From: the human T2T-CHM13v2.0 reference genome, Homo sapiens
DNA: 64,000 nucleotides
Assembly: GCF_009914755.1 (NCBI RefSeq)
Contig: NC_060948.1
Direction: 5' to 3' (one strand)
In this document: piece after piece, positions 14,377-28,711 of the stretch
Layout: each line of letters opens with the position of its first letter
Numbering within the stretch: position 1 is the first letter of the stretch
Made by a program: the position numbers and the translations under genes
Notes under the pieces: model-generated
What the model was told of the DNA's origin: nothing
Database searches by the model: none
Seen by the model: only the letters and a program-made list of their open reading frames with translations

Positions 14377-17300
14377 AAGGGATTGGAATGGACTCGAATG
14401 GAATGGACTGCAATAGATAGGATTCGAATGGAATGAAAAAGAATTGAATGGAATAGAACAGAATGGAATCAAATCGAATGAAATGGAATGGAATAGAAAG
14501 GAATGGAATGAAATGGAATGGAAAGGATTCGAATGGAATGCAATCGAATGGAATGGAATCGAACGGAATGGAATAAAATGGAAGAAAACTGGCAAGAAAT
14601 GGAATCGAAATGAATGGAGTGTTATGGAACGGACTCAAAAGGAATTGAATGTAATAGAATGGAGTGGAGTGGACTCGAATATAATGGACTGGAATGGAAT
14701 GAAATCACATGGAATGGGAACGAATGGAATGGAATGGAAAGGAATGGAATCGAATGGAAAGGAATCGAATGGAAGGGAATGAAATTGAATCAACAGGAAT
14801 GGAAGGGAATAGAATAGACGGTAATGGAATGGACTCGAATAGAATGGACACGAATGCTCAAATTGAATGGACTCGAATGGAATGGAAACGAAAGGAATGT
14901 CATCGAATGGAATTGAATCGATTGGAATGAAATCGCATAGAATGGAGTGGAATCAAATGGAATTGAATCGAAAGGAAAGGAAGCGAATGGACTGAAATGA
15001 AATGGAATGGAATTGAATGGAAAGTAATGCAATGGAATAGAATGGAACGAAATTTCACGGAATGGAATCAAACTGAATGGAATCAAATCAATGGAATCAA
15101 ATCAAATGGAATGGAAAGGAATTGAATGGAGTAGATTGGATTGGATGGGATTGGAATGAAATGTACTGGAAAGGACTCGAATTTCATGAAACGGAATGGA
15201 ATGAATTGGAACGGAATGGACTCGAATGGAATGGAATGTCATGGAATGGCATCAAATGGAATGGCATCAAATGGAATGGAATCGAATGCAATGGAATGCT
15301 ATGGAATGGAATGGAATGCATTGGAATGGAATGTCCTCTAATGGAATGGATTCGAGTGGAATGGAATCTAATATAATGGAGTCGAATGAAATGGAATTGA
15401 AAGGAGTGGGATCGAATACAATGGAATATACTGGAATGTAATGTAATGAACTCGAATGTAATTGACTGGAATGGAATGTACATGAATGGAATGTAATCGA
15501 ATGGAAAGTAATCCAATGGAATAGAATCTAATGCAATAAAACCGACTCAGATAGAGTAGAATGTAATGGAATGGAGTGCAGTGCAATGGAATGGAATGGA
15601 ATGGAATGCAATGGAATGGAATGGAATGGAATGGAATGGAATGGAATGGAATGGAATGGAATGGGATGGAATGGGATGGGATGGAATGGTATGGAATGGA
15701 TAGTAATGGACTGGAGTGAAATGGACTGGAAAGGAATGGACTCAAATTGAAAGGGCTCGAAAGGAATGGAGTCAAATGGAATGGTCTGGAATGGAATGAA
15801 CACGAATGTAATGCAATCCAATAGAATGGAATCGAATGGCATGGAATATAAAGAAATGGAATCGAAGAGAATGGAAACAAATGGAATGGAATTGAATGGA
15901 ATGGAATTGAATGGAATGGGAACGAATGGAGTGAAATTGTATGCAGTAGAAGGGAATAGAATGGAATGCAAGCGAAAGGAAAGGAATGGATTGGAATGGA
16001 ATGGAATTCATTGGAATGGAAGGGAATGTAGTGTAATGGACAGGCCTGGAATAAAGTGGAATGCTACGGTCTCGAATGGAATAAAAATGTATGGAATGGA
16101 ATGCAATGAAACGGAATCGAATGTCATAGAATGTAATGGAATGCAAAAAAATGGAATCCAAAATCATTGACTGGAAAGGCTGGGTGTCGAAAGGAATTGA
16201 CTCCAATGGAATGGAATCAAATGGAATGGAAGTGAATAGAATCGAACTAAATCGAATGGAATGGAATTGATAGGAACGGAATGGAAAGGAATGCAATGAT
16301 TTGGCATGGAATGGAATCGAATGGCATCGAATGGAATGGAATGGAATGCAATGGAATGGAATGTATTAGAATGTAATGAACTTTAATGGAATGTACTCGA
16401 ATGGATTCGACTGGAATGGAATGTTCTGGAAGTGAATGGACTCCAATGGAATGGATTCAAAAGGAATGGAATCGTACGGAATGGAATCTAATGGAATGGA
16501 ATTAAATGGAAAAGAATCAAATTGAATAGCACGGAATTGAATTGAATGGAATCGAATGCAATGGAATCTAATGAAACGGAAAGGAAAGGAATGGAATGGA
16601 ATGGAATGGGCTGGAATGGAAAGGAATCGAAACGAATGGAATGGAATCGAACTGAAGAGACTGGAATGGAATGCACTGGAATGGAAGGGAGTGTAATGGA
16701 AGGTTCTCGAAAAAAATGGAATCGAATGGAATGGAATTGAATGGAACGGAATAGAGTCGAATGGAATTGAATGGAATGGAATGGACTAGAGTGAAATGGA
16801 ATCGAACCACAAGGAATGGACAGGAATAGAATGGTCTCGAATTGAATGGAATCGTATGGAATGGCATCAAACGGAAAGGAATGGACAGCCACGGAATGGA
16901 ATGCACTCGAATGCAATGGAGTCGAAACTAATGGACTGGAATAGAATGGACTCGACTGGTACGGACTCCAATGGAATGGAATCGAAAGGAAGGGAATCGA
17001 ACGGAATGGACTCGAAGGGAAAAGACTGCAAAGGAAAGGTCTCGAATGCAATGGAAATTAATGGAATGGAATGGAATCGAATGAAATGGAGTCAAAAGGA
17101 ATGGAATCGAATGGCAAGAAATCGAATGTAATGGATTCGCAAGGAATTGATGTGAACGGAACGGAATGGAATGGAATCCAAAGGAATGGAATAGAATGGA
17201 ATGGAATCGAATGGAAAGGACTCGAATGGAAATCACTGGAATAGAATGCAATTTAATAAAATAGGATGAAATGTAATGGAATGGAATGGAAAGGAATCGA

Positions 17301-17965
17301 AACGAAAGGAATGGAGACAGATGGAATGGAATGGTACAGAGAGCAATGGTATAGAATGGAATGGAATCATCTGGAATGGAATTGAATGGAATGGAATAAT
17401 ATGAAATGGAATGGAATGGAATGGAATGGAATGCCCTTGAATTAAATGGACTGGAATGGAATGGACTCCAACAGAGTGAAATGGAAAGTGTTGAGATAGA
17501 ATGGAATGGACTCCTTTGGAATGGTGTAGTATGCAATGCAATCGACTGGCAGGGAAGCAAAAGGAATGTAATCAAATGGATTGGACTGGAATGCAATGGA
17601 CTCGAATAGATTGGAAACGGAATGCAAAGGAATGGAATGGAATAGTATGGAATGGAATGGAAAGGAATGGAGTGGAATAGACTAGAGTGGAATGGAATGG
17701 ACTGGAAAGCAATGGACTGGAATGGAACTTTCTTGAATGGACTGGAATCAAACGGAATGGAATGCAATGCAATCAAATGGCATGGAATAAAATAGAATGA
17801 AAGAGAATCAAATGGAATTGAATCGAATGGAATCGAATGGATTGGAAAGGATTAGAATGGAATGGAATGGAATTGACTCAAATGGAATGGACTAGAATGG
17901 AATGGATTCGAATGGAAGGCAAAGGAATGGAATCTATTGGAATGGACTGTAATGGAATGGAATGG
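14377..17965 (+). repeat. Macro-unit U5 (3589 bp), divergent second half
   Basis: Landmark spacing; many private substitutions at 16.5-17.6 kb. Confidence 0.93.
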
Positions 17966-20900
17966 AAGGGATTGGAATGGACTCGAATGGAATGGACTGC
18001 AATAGAAAGGATTCGAATGGAATGAAAAAGAATTGAATGGAATAGAACAGATTGGAATCAAATCGAATGAAATGGAATGGAATAGAAAGAATGGAATGAA
18101 ATGGAATGGAAAGGATTCGAATGGAATGCAATCGAATGGAATGGAATCGAACGGAATGGAATAAAATGGAAGAAAACTGGCAAGAAATGGAATCGAAATG
18201 AATGGAGTGTTATGGAACGGACTCAAAAGGAATTGAATGTAATAGAATGGAGTGGAGTGGACTCGAATATAATGGACTGGAATGGAATGAAATCACATGG
18301 AATGGGAACGAATGGAATGGAATGGAAAGGAATGGAATCGAATGGAAAGGAATCGAATAGAAGGGAATGAAATTGAATCAACAGGAATGGAAGGGAATAG
18401 AATAGACGGTAATGGAATGGACTCGAATAGAATGGACACGAATTCTCAAATTGAATGGACACGAATGGAATGGAAACGAAAGGAATGTCATCGAATGGAA
18501 TTGAATCGATTGGAATGAAATCGCATAGAATGGAGTGGAATCAAATGGAATTGAATCGAAAGGAAAGGAAGCGAATGGACTGAAATGAAATGGAATGGAA
18601 TTGAATGGAAAGTAATGCAATGGAATAGAATGGAACGAAATTTCACGGAATGGAATCAAACTGAATGGAATCAAATCAATGGAATCAAATCAAATGGAAT
18701 GGAAAGGAATTGAATGGAGTAGATTGGATTGGATGGGATTGGAATGAAATGTACTGGAAAGGACTCGAATTTCATGAAACGGAATGGAATGAATTGGAAC
18801 GGAATGGACTCGAATGGAATGGAATGTCATGGAATGGCATCAAATGGAATGGCATCAAATGGAATGGAATCGAATGCAATGGAATGCTATGGAATGGAAT
18901 GGAATGCATTGGAATGGAATGTCCTCTAATGGAATGGATTCGAGTGGAATGGAATCGAATATAATGGAGTCGAATGAAATGGAATTGAAAGGAATGGGAT
19001 CGAATAGAATGGAATATACTGGAATGTAATGTAATGAACTCGAATGTAATTGACTGGAATGGAATGTACATGAATGGAATGTAATCGAATGGAAAGTAAT
19101 CCAATGGAATAGAATCTAATGCAATAAAATCGACTCAGATAGAGTAGAATGTAATGGAATGGAGTGCAGTGCAATGGAATGGAATGGAATGGAATGCAAT
19201 GGAATGGAATGGAATGGAATGGAATGGAATGGAATGGAATGGAATGGGATGGGATGGAATGGTATGGAATGGATAGTAATGAACTGGAGTGAAATGGACT
19301 GGAAAGGAATGGAGTCAAATTGAAAGGGCTCGAAAGGAATGGAGTCAAATGGAATAGTCTGGAATGGAATGAACACGAATGTAATGCAATCCAATAGAAT
19401 GGAATCGAATGGCATGGAATATAAAGAAATGGAATCGAAGAGAATGGAAACAAATGGAATGGAATTGAATGGAATGGAATTGAATGGAATGGGAACGAAT
19501 TGAGTGAAATTGTATGCAGTAGAAGGGAATAGAATGGAATGCAAGCGAAAGGAAAGGAATGGATTGGAATGGAATGGAATTCATTGGAATGGAAGGGAAT
19601 GTAGTGTAATGGACAGGCCTGGAATAAAGTGGAATGCTACGGTCTCGAACGGAATAAAAATGTATGGAATGGAATGCAATGAAACGGAATCGAATGTCAT
19701 AGAATGTAATGGAATGCAAAAAAATGGAATCCAAAATCATTGACTGGAAAGGCTGGGTGTCGAAAGGAATTGACTCCAATGGAATGGAATCGAATGGAAT
19801 GGAAGTGAATAGAATCGAACTAAATCGAATGGAATGGAATTGATAGGAACGGAATGGAAAGGAATGCAATGATTTGGCATGGAATGGAATCGAATGGCAT
19901 CGAATGGAATGGAATGGAATGCAATGGAATGGAATGTATTAGAATGTAATGAACTTTAATGGAATGTACTCGAATGGATTCGACTGGAATGGAATGTTCT
20001 GGAAGTGAATGGACTCCAATGGAATGGATTCCAAAGGAATGGAATCGTACGGAATGGAATCTAATGGAATGGAATTAAATGGAAATGAATCAAATTGAAT
20101 AGCACGGAATTGAATTGAATGGAATGGAATGCAATGGAATCTAATGAAACGGAAAGGAAAGGAATGGAATGGAATGGAATGGGCTGGAATGGAAAGGAAT
20201 CGAAACGAATGGAATGGAATCGAAGTGAAGAGACTGGAATGGAATGCACTGGAATGGAAGGGAGTGTAATGGAAGGTTCTCGAAAAAAATGGAATCGAAT
20301 GGAATGGAATTGAATGGAACGGAATAGAGTCGAATGGAATTGAATGGAATGGAATGGACTAGAGTGAAATGGAATCGAACCACAAGGAATGGACAGGAAT
20401 AGAATGGTCTCGAATTGAATGGAATCGTATGGAATGGCATCAAACGGAATGGAATGGACAGCCACGGAATGGAATGCACTCGAATGCAATGGAGTCGAAA
20501 CTAATGGACTGGAATAGAATGGACTCGACTGGTACGGACTCCAATGGAATGGAATCGAATGGAAGGGAATCGATCGGAATGGACTCGAAGGGAAAAGACT
20601 GCAATGGAAAGGTCTCGAATGGAATGGAAATTAATGGAATGGAATGGAATCGAATGAAATGGAGTCAAAAGGAATGGAATCGAATGGCAAGAAATCGAAT
20701 GTAATGGAATCGCAAGGAATTGATGTGAACGGAACGGAATGGAATGGAATCCAAAGGAATGGAATAGAATGGAATGGAATCGAATGGAAAGGACTCGAAT
20801 GGAAATCACTCGAATAGAATGCAATTTAATAAAATAGGATCAAATGTAATGGAATGGAATGGAAAGGAATCGAAACGAAAGGAATGGAGACAGATGGAAT

Positions 20901-21548
20901 GGAATGGAACAGAGAGCAATGGTATAGAATGGAATGGAATCATCTGGAATGGAATTGAATGGAATGGAATAATATGAAATGGAATGGAATGGAATGGAAT
21001 GGAATGGAATGGAATGCCCTTGAATTAAATGGACTGGAATGGAATGGACTCGAACAGAGTGGAATGGAAAGTTTTGAGATAGAATGGAATGGACTCCTTT
21101 GGAATGGTGTAGTATGCAATGCAATCGACTGGCAGGGAATCAAAAGGAATGTAATCGAATGGATTGGACTGGAATGCAATGGACTCGAATAGATTGGAAA
21201 CGGAATGCAAAGGAATGGAATGGAATAGTATGGAATGGAATGGAAAGGAATGGAGTGGAATAGACTAGAGTGGAATGGAATGGACTGGAAAGCAATGGAC
21301 TGGAATGGAACTTTCTTGAATGGACTGGAATCAAACGGAATGGAATGCAATGCAATCAAATGGCATGGAATAAAATAGAATGAAAGAGAATCAAATGGAA
21401 TTGAATCGAATGGAATCGAATGGATTGGAAAGGATTAGAATTGAATGGAATGGTATTGACTCAAATGGAATGGACAAGAATGGAATGGATTCGAATGGAA
21501 GGCAAAGGAATGGAATCTATTGGAATGGATTGTAATGGAATGGAATGG
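17966..21548 (+). repeat. Macro-unit U6 (3583 bp), first half U1-like, 1-bp deletion near 18089
   Basis: Landmark spacing; extra EcoRI site at 18440. Confidence 0.93.
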
Positions 21549-24500
21549 AAGGGATTGGAATGGACTCGAATGGAATGGACTGCAATAGAAAGGATTCGAA
21601 TGGAATGAAAAAGAATTGAATGGAATAGAACAGAATGGAATCAAATCGAATGAAATGGAATGGAATAGAAAGGAATGGAATGAAATGGAATGGAAAGGAT
21701 TCGAATGGAATGCAATCGAATGGAATGGAATCGAACGGAATGGAATAAAATGGAAGAAAACTGGCAAGAAATGGAATCGAAATGAATGGAGTGTTATGGA
21801 ACGGACTCAAAAGGAATTGAATGTAATAGAATGGAGTGGAGTGGACTCGAATATAATGGACTGGAATGGAATGAAATCACATGGAATGGGAACGAATGGA
21901 ATGGAATGGAAAGGAATGGTATCGAATGGAAAGGAATCGAATGGAAGGGAATGAAATTGAATCAACAGAAATGGAAGGGAATAGAATAGACGGTAATGGA
22001 ATGGACTCGAATAGAATGGACACGAATGCTCAAATTGAATGGACTCGAATGGAATGGAAACGAAAGGAATGTCATCGAATGGAATTGAATCGATTGGAAT
22101 GAAATCGCATAGAATGGAGTGGAATCAAATGGAATTGAATCGAAAGGAAAGGAAGCGAATGGACTGAAATGAAATGGAATGGAATTGAATGGAAAGTAAT
22201 GCAATGGAATAGAATGGAACGAAATTTCACGGAATGGAATCAAACTGAATGGAATCAAATCAATGGAATCAAATCAAATGGAATGGAAAGGAATTGAATG
22301 GAGTAGATTGGATTGGATGGGATTGGAATGAAATGTACTGGAAAGGACTCGAATTTCATGAAACGGAATGGAATGAATTGGAACGGAATGGACTCGAATG
22401 GAATGGAATGTCATGGAATGGCATCAAATGGAATGGCATCAAATGGAATGGAATCGAATGCAATGGAATGCTATGGAATGGAATGGAATGCATTGGAATG
22501 AAATGTCCTCTAATGGAATGGATTCGAGTGGAATGGAATCTAATATAATGGAGTCGAATGAAATGGAATTGAAAGGAGTGGGATCGAATACAATGGAATA
22601 TACTGGAATGTAATGTAATGAACTCGAATGTAATTGACTGGAATGGAATGTACATGAATGGAATGTAATCGAATGGAAAGTAATCCAATGGAATAGAATC
22701 TAATGCAATAAAACCGACTCAGATAGAGTAGAATGTAATGGAATGGAGTGCAGTGCAATGGAATGGAATGGAATGGAATGCAATGCAATGGAATGGAATG
22801 GAATGGAATGGAATGGAATGGAATGGGATGGAATGGGATGGGATGGAATGGTATGGAATGGATAGTAATGGACTGGAGTGAAATGGACTGGAAAGGAATG
22901 GACTCAAATTGAAAGGGCTCGAAAGGAATGGAGTCAAATGGAATGGTCTGGAATGGAATGAACACGAATGTAATGCAATCCAATAGAATGGAATCGAATG
23001 GCATGGAATATAAAGAAATGGAATCGAAGAGAATGGAAACAAATGGAATGGAATTGAATGGAATGGAATTGAATGGAATTGGAACGAATGGAGTGAAATT
23101 GTATGCAGTAGAAGGGAATAGAATGGAATGCAAGCGAAAGGAAAGGAATGGATTGGAATGGAATGGAATTCATTGGAATGGAAGGGAATGTAGTGTAATG
23201 GACAGGCCTGGAATAAAGTGGAATGCTACGGTCTCGAATGGAATAAAAATGTATGGAATGGAATGCAATGAAACGGAATCGAATGTCATAGAATGTAATG
23301 GAATGCAAAAAAATGGAATCCAAAATCATTGACTGGAAAGGCTGGGTGTCGAAAGGAATTGACTCCAATGGAATGGAATCGAATGGAATGGAAGTGAATA
23401 GAATCGAACTAAATCGAATGGAATGGAATTGATAGGAACGGAATGGAAAGGAATGCAATGATTTCGCATGGAATGGAATCGAATGGCATCGAATGGAATG
23501 GAATGGAATGCAATGGAATGGAATGTATTAGAATGTAATGAACTTTAATGGAATGTACTCGAATGGATTCGACTGGAATGGAATGTTCTGGAAGTGAATG
23601 GACTCCAATGGAATGGATTCCAAAGGAATGGAATCGTACGGAATGGAATCTAATGGAATGGAATTAAATGGAAATGAATCAAATTGAATAGCACGGAATT
23701 GAATTGAATGGAATGGAATGCAATGGAATCTAATGAAACGGAAAGGAAAGGAATGGAATGGAATGGAATGGGCTGGAATGGAAAGGAATCGAAACGAATG
23801 GAATGGAATCGAAGTGAAGAGACTGGAATGGAATGCACTGGAATGGAAGGGAGTGTAATGGAAGGTTCTCGAAAAAAATGGAATCGAATGGAATGGAATT
23901 GAATGGAACGGAATAGAGTCGAATGGAATTGAATGGAATGGAATGGACTAGAGTGAAATGGAATCGAACCACAAGGAATGGACAGGAATAGAATGGTCTC
24001 GAATTGAATGGAATCGTATGGAATGGCATCAAACGGAATGGAATGGACAGCCACGGAATGGAATGCACTCGAATGCAATGGAGTCGAAACTAATGGACTG
24101 GAATAGAATGGACTCGACTGGTACGGACTCCAATGGAATGGAATCGAATGGAAGGGAATCGATCGGAATGGACTCGAAGGGAAAAGACTGCAATGGAAAG
24201 GTCTCGAATGGAATGGAAATTAATGGAATGGAATGGAATCGAATGAAATGGAGTCAAAAGGAATGGAATCGAATGGCAAGAAATCGAATGTAATGGAATC
24301 GCAAGGAATTGATGTGAACGGAACGGAATGGAATGGAATCCAAAGGAATGGAATAGAATGGAATGGAATCGAATGGAAAGGACTCGAATGGAAATCACTC
24401 GAATAGAATGCAATTTAATAAAATAGGATCAAATGTAATGGAATGGAATGGAAAGGAATCGAAACGAAAGGAATGGAGACAGATGGAATGGAATGGAACA

Positions 24501-25132
24501 GAGAGCAATGGTATAGAATGGAATGGAATCATCTGGAATGGAATTGAATGGAATGGAATAATATGAAATGGAATGGAATGGAATGGAATGGAATGGAATG
24601 CCCTTGAATTAAATGGACTGGAATGGAATGGACTCGAACAGAGTGGAATGGAAAGTTTTGAGATAGAATGGAATGGACTCCTTTGGAATGGTGTAGTATG
24701 CAATGCAATCGACTGGCAGGGAATCAAAAGGAATGTAATCGAATGGATTGGACTGGAATGCAATGGACTCGAATAGATTGGAAACGGAATGCAAAGGAAT
24801 GGAATGGAATAGTATGGAATGGAATGGAAAGGAATGGAGTGGAATAGACTAGAGTGGAATGGAATGGACTGGAAAGCAATGGACTGGAATGGAACTTTCT
24901 TGAATGGACTGGAATCAAACGGAATGGAATGCAATGCAATCAAATGGCATGGAATAAAATAGAATGAAAGAGAATCAAATGGAATTGAATCGAATGGAAT
25001 CGAATGGATTGGAAAGGATTAGAATTGAATGGAATGGTATTGACTCAAATGGAATGGACTAGAATGGAATGGATTCGAATGGAAGGCAAAGGAATGGAAT
25101 CTATTGGAATGGATTGTAATGGAATGGAATGG
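21549..25132 (+). repeat. Macro-unit U7 (3584 bp)
   Basis: Landmark spacing; U2/U3-like variants. Confidence 0.93.
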
Positions 25133-28100
25133 AAGGGATTGGAATGGACTCGAATGGAATGGACTGCAATAGAAAGGATTCGAATGGAATGAAAAAGAAT
25201 TGAATGGAATAGAACAGAATGGAATCAAATCGAATGAAATGGAATGGAATAGAAAGGAATGGAATGAAATGGAATGGAAAGGATTCGAATGGAATGCAAT
25301 CGAATGGAATGGAATCGAACGGAATGGAATAAAATGGAAGAAAACTGGCAAGAAATGGAATCGAAATGAATGGAGTGTTATGGAACGGACTCAAAAGGAA
25401 TTGAATGTAATAGAATGGAGTGGAGTGGACTCGAATATAATGGACTGGAATGGAATGAAATCACATGGAATGGGAACGAATGGAATGGAATGGAAAGGAA
25501 TGGTATCGAATGGAAAGGAATCGAATGGAAGGGAATGAAATTGAATCAACAGGAATGGAAGGGAATAGAATAGACGGTAATGGAATGGACTCGAATAGAA
25601 TGGACACGAATGCTCAAATTGAATGGACTCGAATGGAATGGAAACGAAAGGAATGTCATCGAATGGAATTGAATCGATTGGAATGAAATCGCATAGAATG
25701 GAGTGGAATCAAATGGAATTGAATCGAAAGGAAAGGAAGCGAATGGACTGAAATGAAATGGAATGGAATTGAATGGAAAGTAATGCAATGGAATAGAATG
25801 GAACGAAATTTCACGGAATGGAATCAAACTGAATGGAATCAAATCAATGGAATCAAATCAAATGGAATGGAAAGGAATTGAATGGAGTAGATTGGATTGG
25901 ATGGGATTGGAATGAAATGTACTGGAAAGGACTCGAATTTCATGAAACGGAATGGAATGAATTGGAACGGAATGGACTCGAATGGAATGGAATGTCATGG
26001 AATGGCATCAAATGGAATGGCATCAAATGGAATGGAATCGAATGCAATGGAATGCTATGGAATGGAATGGAATGCATTGGAATGGAATGTCCTCTAATGG
26101 AATGGATTCGAGTGGAATGGAATCTAATATAATGGAGTCGAATGAAATGGAATTGAAAGGAGTGGGATCGAATACAATGGAATATACTGGAATGTAATGT
26201 AATGAACTCGAATGTAATTGACTGGAATGGAATGTACATGAATGGAATGTAATCGAATGGAAAGTAATCCAATGGAATAGAATCTAATGCAATAAAACCG
26301 ACTCAGATAGAGTAGAATGTAATGGAATGGAGTGCAGTGCAATGGAATGGAATGGAATGGAATGCAATGCAATGGAATGGAATGGAATGGAATGGAATGG
26401 AATGGAATGGAATGGAATGGGATGGAATGGGATGGGATGGAATGGTATGGAATGGATAGTAATGGACTGGAGTGAAATGGACTGGAAAGGAATGGACTCA
26501 AATTGAAAGGGCTCGAAAGGAATGGAGTCAAATGGAATGGTCTGGAATGGAATGAACACGAATGTAATGCAATCCAATAGAATGGAATCGAATGGCATGG
26601 AATATAAAGAAATGGAATCGAAGAGAATGGAAACAAATGGAATGGAATTGAATGGAATGGAATTGAATGGAATGGGAACGAATGGAGTGAAATTGTATGC
26701 AGTAGAAGGGAATAGAATGGAATGCAAGCGAAAGGAAAGGAATGGATTGGAATGGAATGGAATTCATTGGAATGGAAGGGAATGTAGTGTAATGGACAGG
26801 CCTGGAATAAAGTGGAATGCTACGGTCTCGAATGGAATAAAAATGTATGGAATGGAATGCAATGAAACGGAATCGAATGTCATAGAATGTAATGGAATGC
26901 AAAAAAATGGAATCCAAAATCATTGACTGGAAAGGCTGGGTGTCGAAAGGAATTGACTCCAATGGAATGGAATCGAATGGAATGGAAGTGAATAGAATCG
27001 AACTAAATCGAATGGAATGGAATTGATAGGAACGGAATGGAAAGGAATGCAATGATTTGGCATGGAATGGAATCGAATGGCATCGAATGGAATGGAATGG
27101 AATGCAATGGAATGGAATGTATTAGAATGTAATGAACTTTAATGGAATGTACTCGAATGGATTCGACTGGAATGGAATGTTCTGGAAGTGAATGGACTCC
27201 AATGGAATGGATTCAAAAGGAATGGAATCGTACGGAATGGAATCTAATGGAATGGAATTAAATGGAAATGAATCAAATTGAATAGCACGGAATTGAATTG
27301 AATGGAATGGAATGCAATGGAATCTAATGAAACGGAAAGGAAAGGAATGGAATGGAATGGAATGGGCTGGAATGGAAAGGAATCGAAACGAATGGAATGG
27401 AATCGAAGTGAAGAGACTGGAATGGAAGGGAGTGTAATGGAAGGTTCTCGAAAAAAATGGAATCGAATGGAATGGAATTGAATGGAACGGAATAGAGTCG
27501 AATGGAATTGAATGGAATGGAATGGACTAGAGTGAAATGGAATCGAACCACAAGGAATGGACAGGAATAGAATGGTCTCGAATTGAATGGAATCGTATGG
27601 AATGGCATCAAACGGAATGGAATGGACAGCCACGGAATGGAATGCACTCGAATGCAATGGAGTCGAAACTAATGGACTGGAATAGAATGGACTCGACTGG
27701 TACGGACTCCAATGGAATGGAATCGAATGGAAGGGAATCGAACGGAATGGACTCGAAGGGAAAAGACTGCAATGGAAAGGTCTCGAATGGAATGGAAATT
27801 AATGGAATGGAATGGAATCGAATGAAATGGAGTCAAAAGGAATGGAATCGAATGGCAAGAAATCGAATGTAATGGAATCGCAAGGAATTGATGTGAACGG
27901 AACGGAATGGAATGGAATCCAAAGGAATGGAATAGAATGGAATGGAATCGAATGGAAAGGACTCGAATGGAAATCACTCGAATAGAATGCAATTTAATAA
28001 AATAGGATCAAATGTAATGGAATGGAATGGAAAGGAATCGAAACGAAAGGAATGGAGACAGATGGAATGGAATGGAACAGAGAGCAATGGTATAGAATGG

Positions 28101-28711
28101 AATGGAATCATCTGGAATGGAATTGAATGGAATGGAATAATATGAAATGGAATGGAATGGAATGGAATGGAATGGAATGTCCTTGAATTAAATGGACTGG
28201 AATGGAATGGACTCGAACAGAGTGGAATGGAAAGTTTTGAGATAGAATGGAATGGACTCCTTTGGAATGGTGTAGTATGCAATGCAATCGACTGGCAGGG
28301 AATCAAAAGGAATGTAATCGAATGGATTGGACTGGAATGCAATGGACTCGAATAGATTGGAAACGGAATGCAAAGGAATGGAATGGAATAGTATGGAATG
28401 GAATGGAAAGGAATGGAGTGGAATAGACTAGAGTGGAATGGAATGGACTGGAAAGCAATGGACTGGAATGGAACTTTCTTGAATGGACTGGAATCAAACG
28501 GAATGGAATGCAATGCAATCAAACGGCATGGAATAAAATAGAATGAAAGAGAATCAAATGGAATTGAATCGAATGGAATCGAATGGATTGGAAAGGAATA
28601 GAATGGAATGGAATGGAATTGACTCAAATGGAATGGACTAGAATGGAATGGATTCGAATGGAAGGCAAAGGAATGGAATCTTTTGGAATGGACTGTAATG
28701 GAATGGAATGG
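25133..28711 (+). repeat. Macro-unit U8 (3579 bp), same 15-bp deletion as U4 (near 27420)
   Basis: Landmark spacing; deletion read directly. Confidence 0.93.

Noticed and set aside
13639-14595. Longest minus-strand ORF (313-318 aa), recurring in several units
   Set aside because: It starts at TTG, is low complexity, and is open only where point variants remove stops. It is truncated in neighbouring units.
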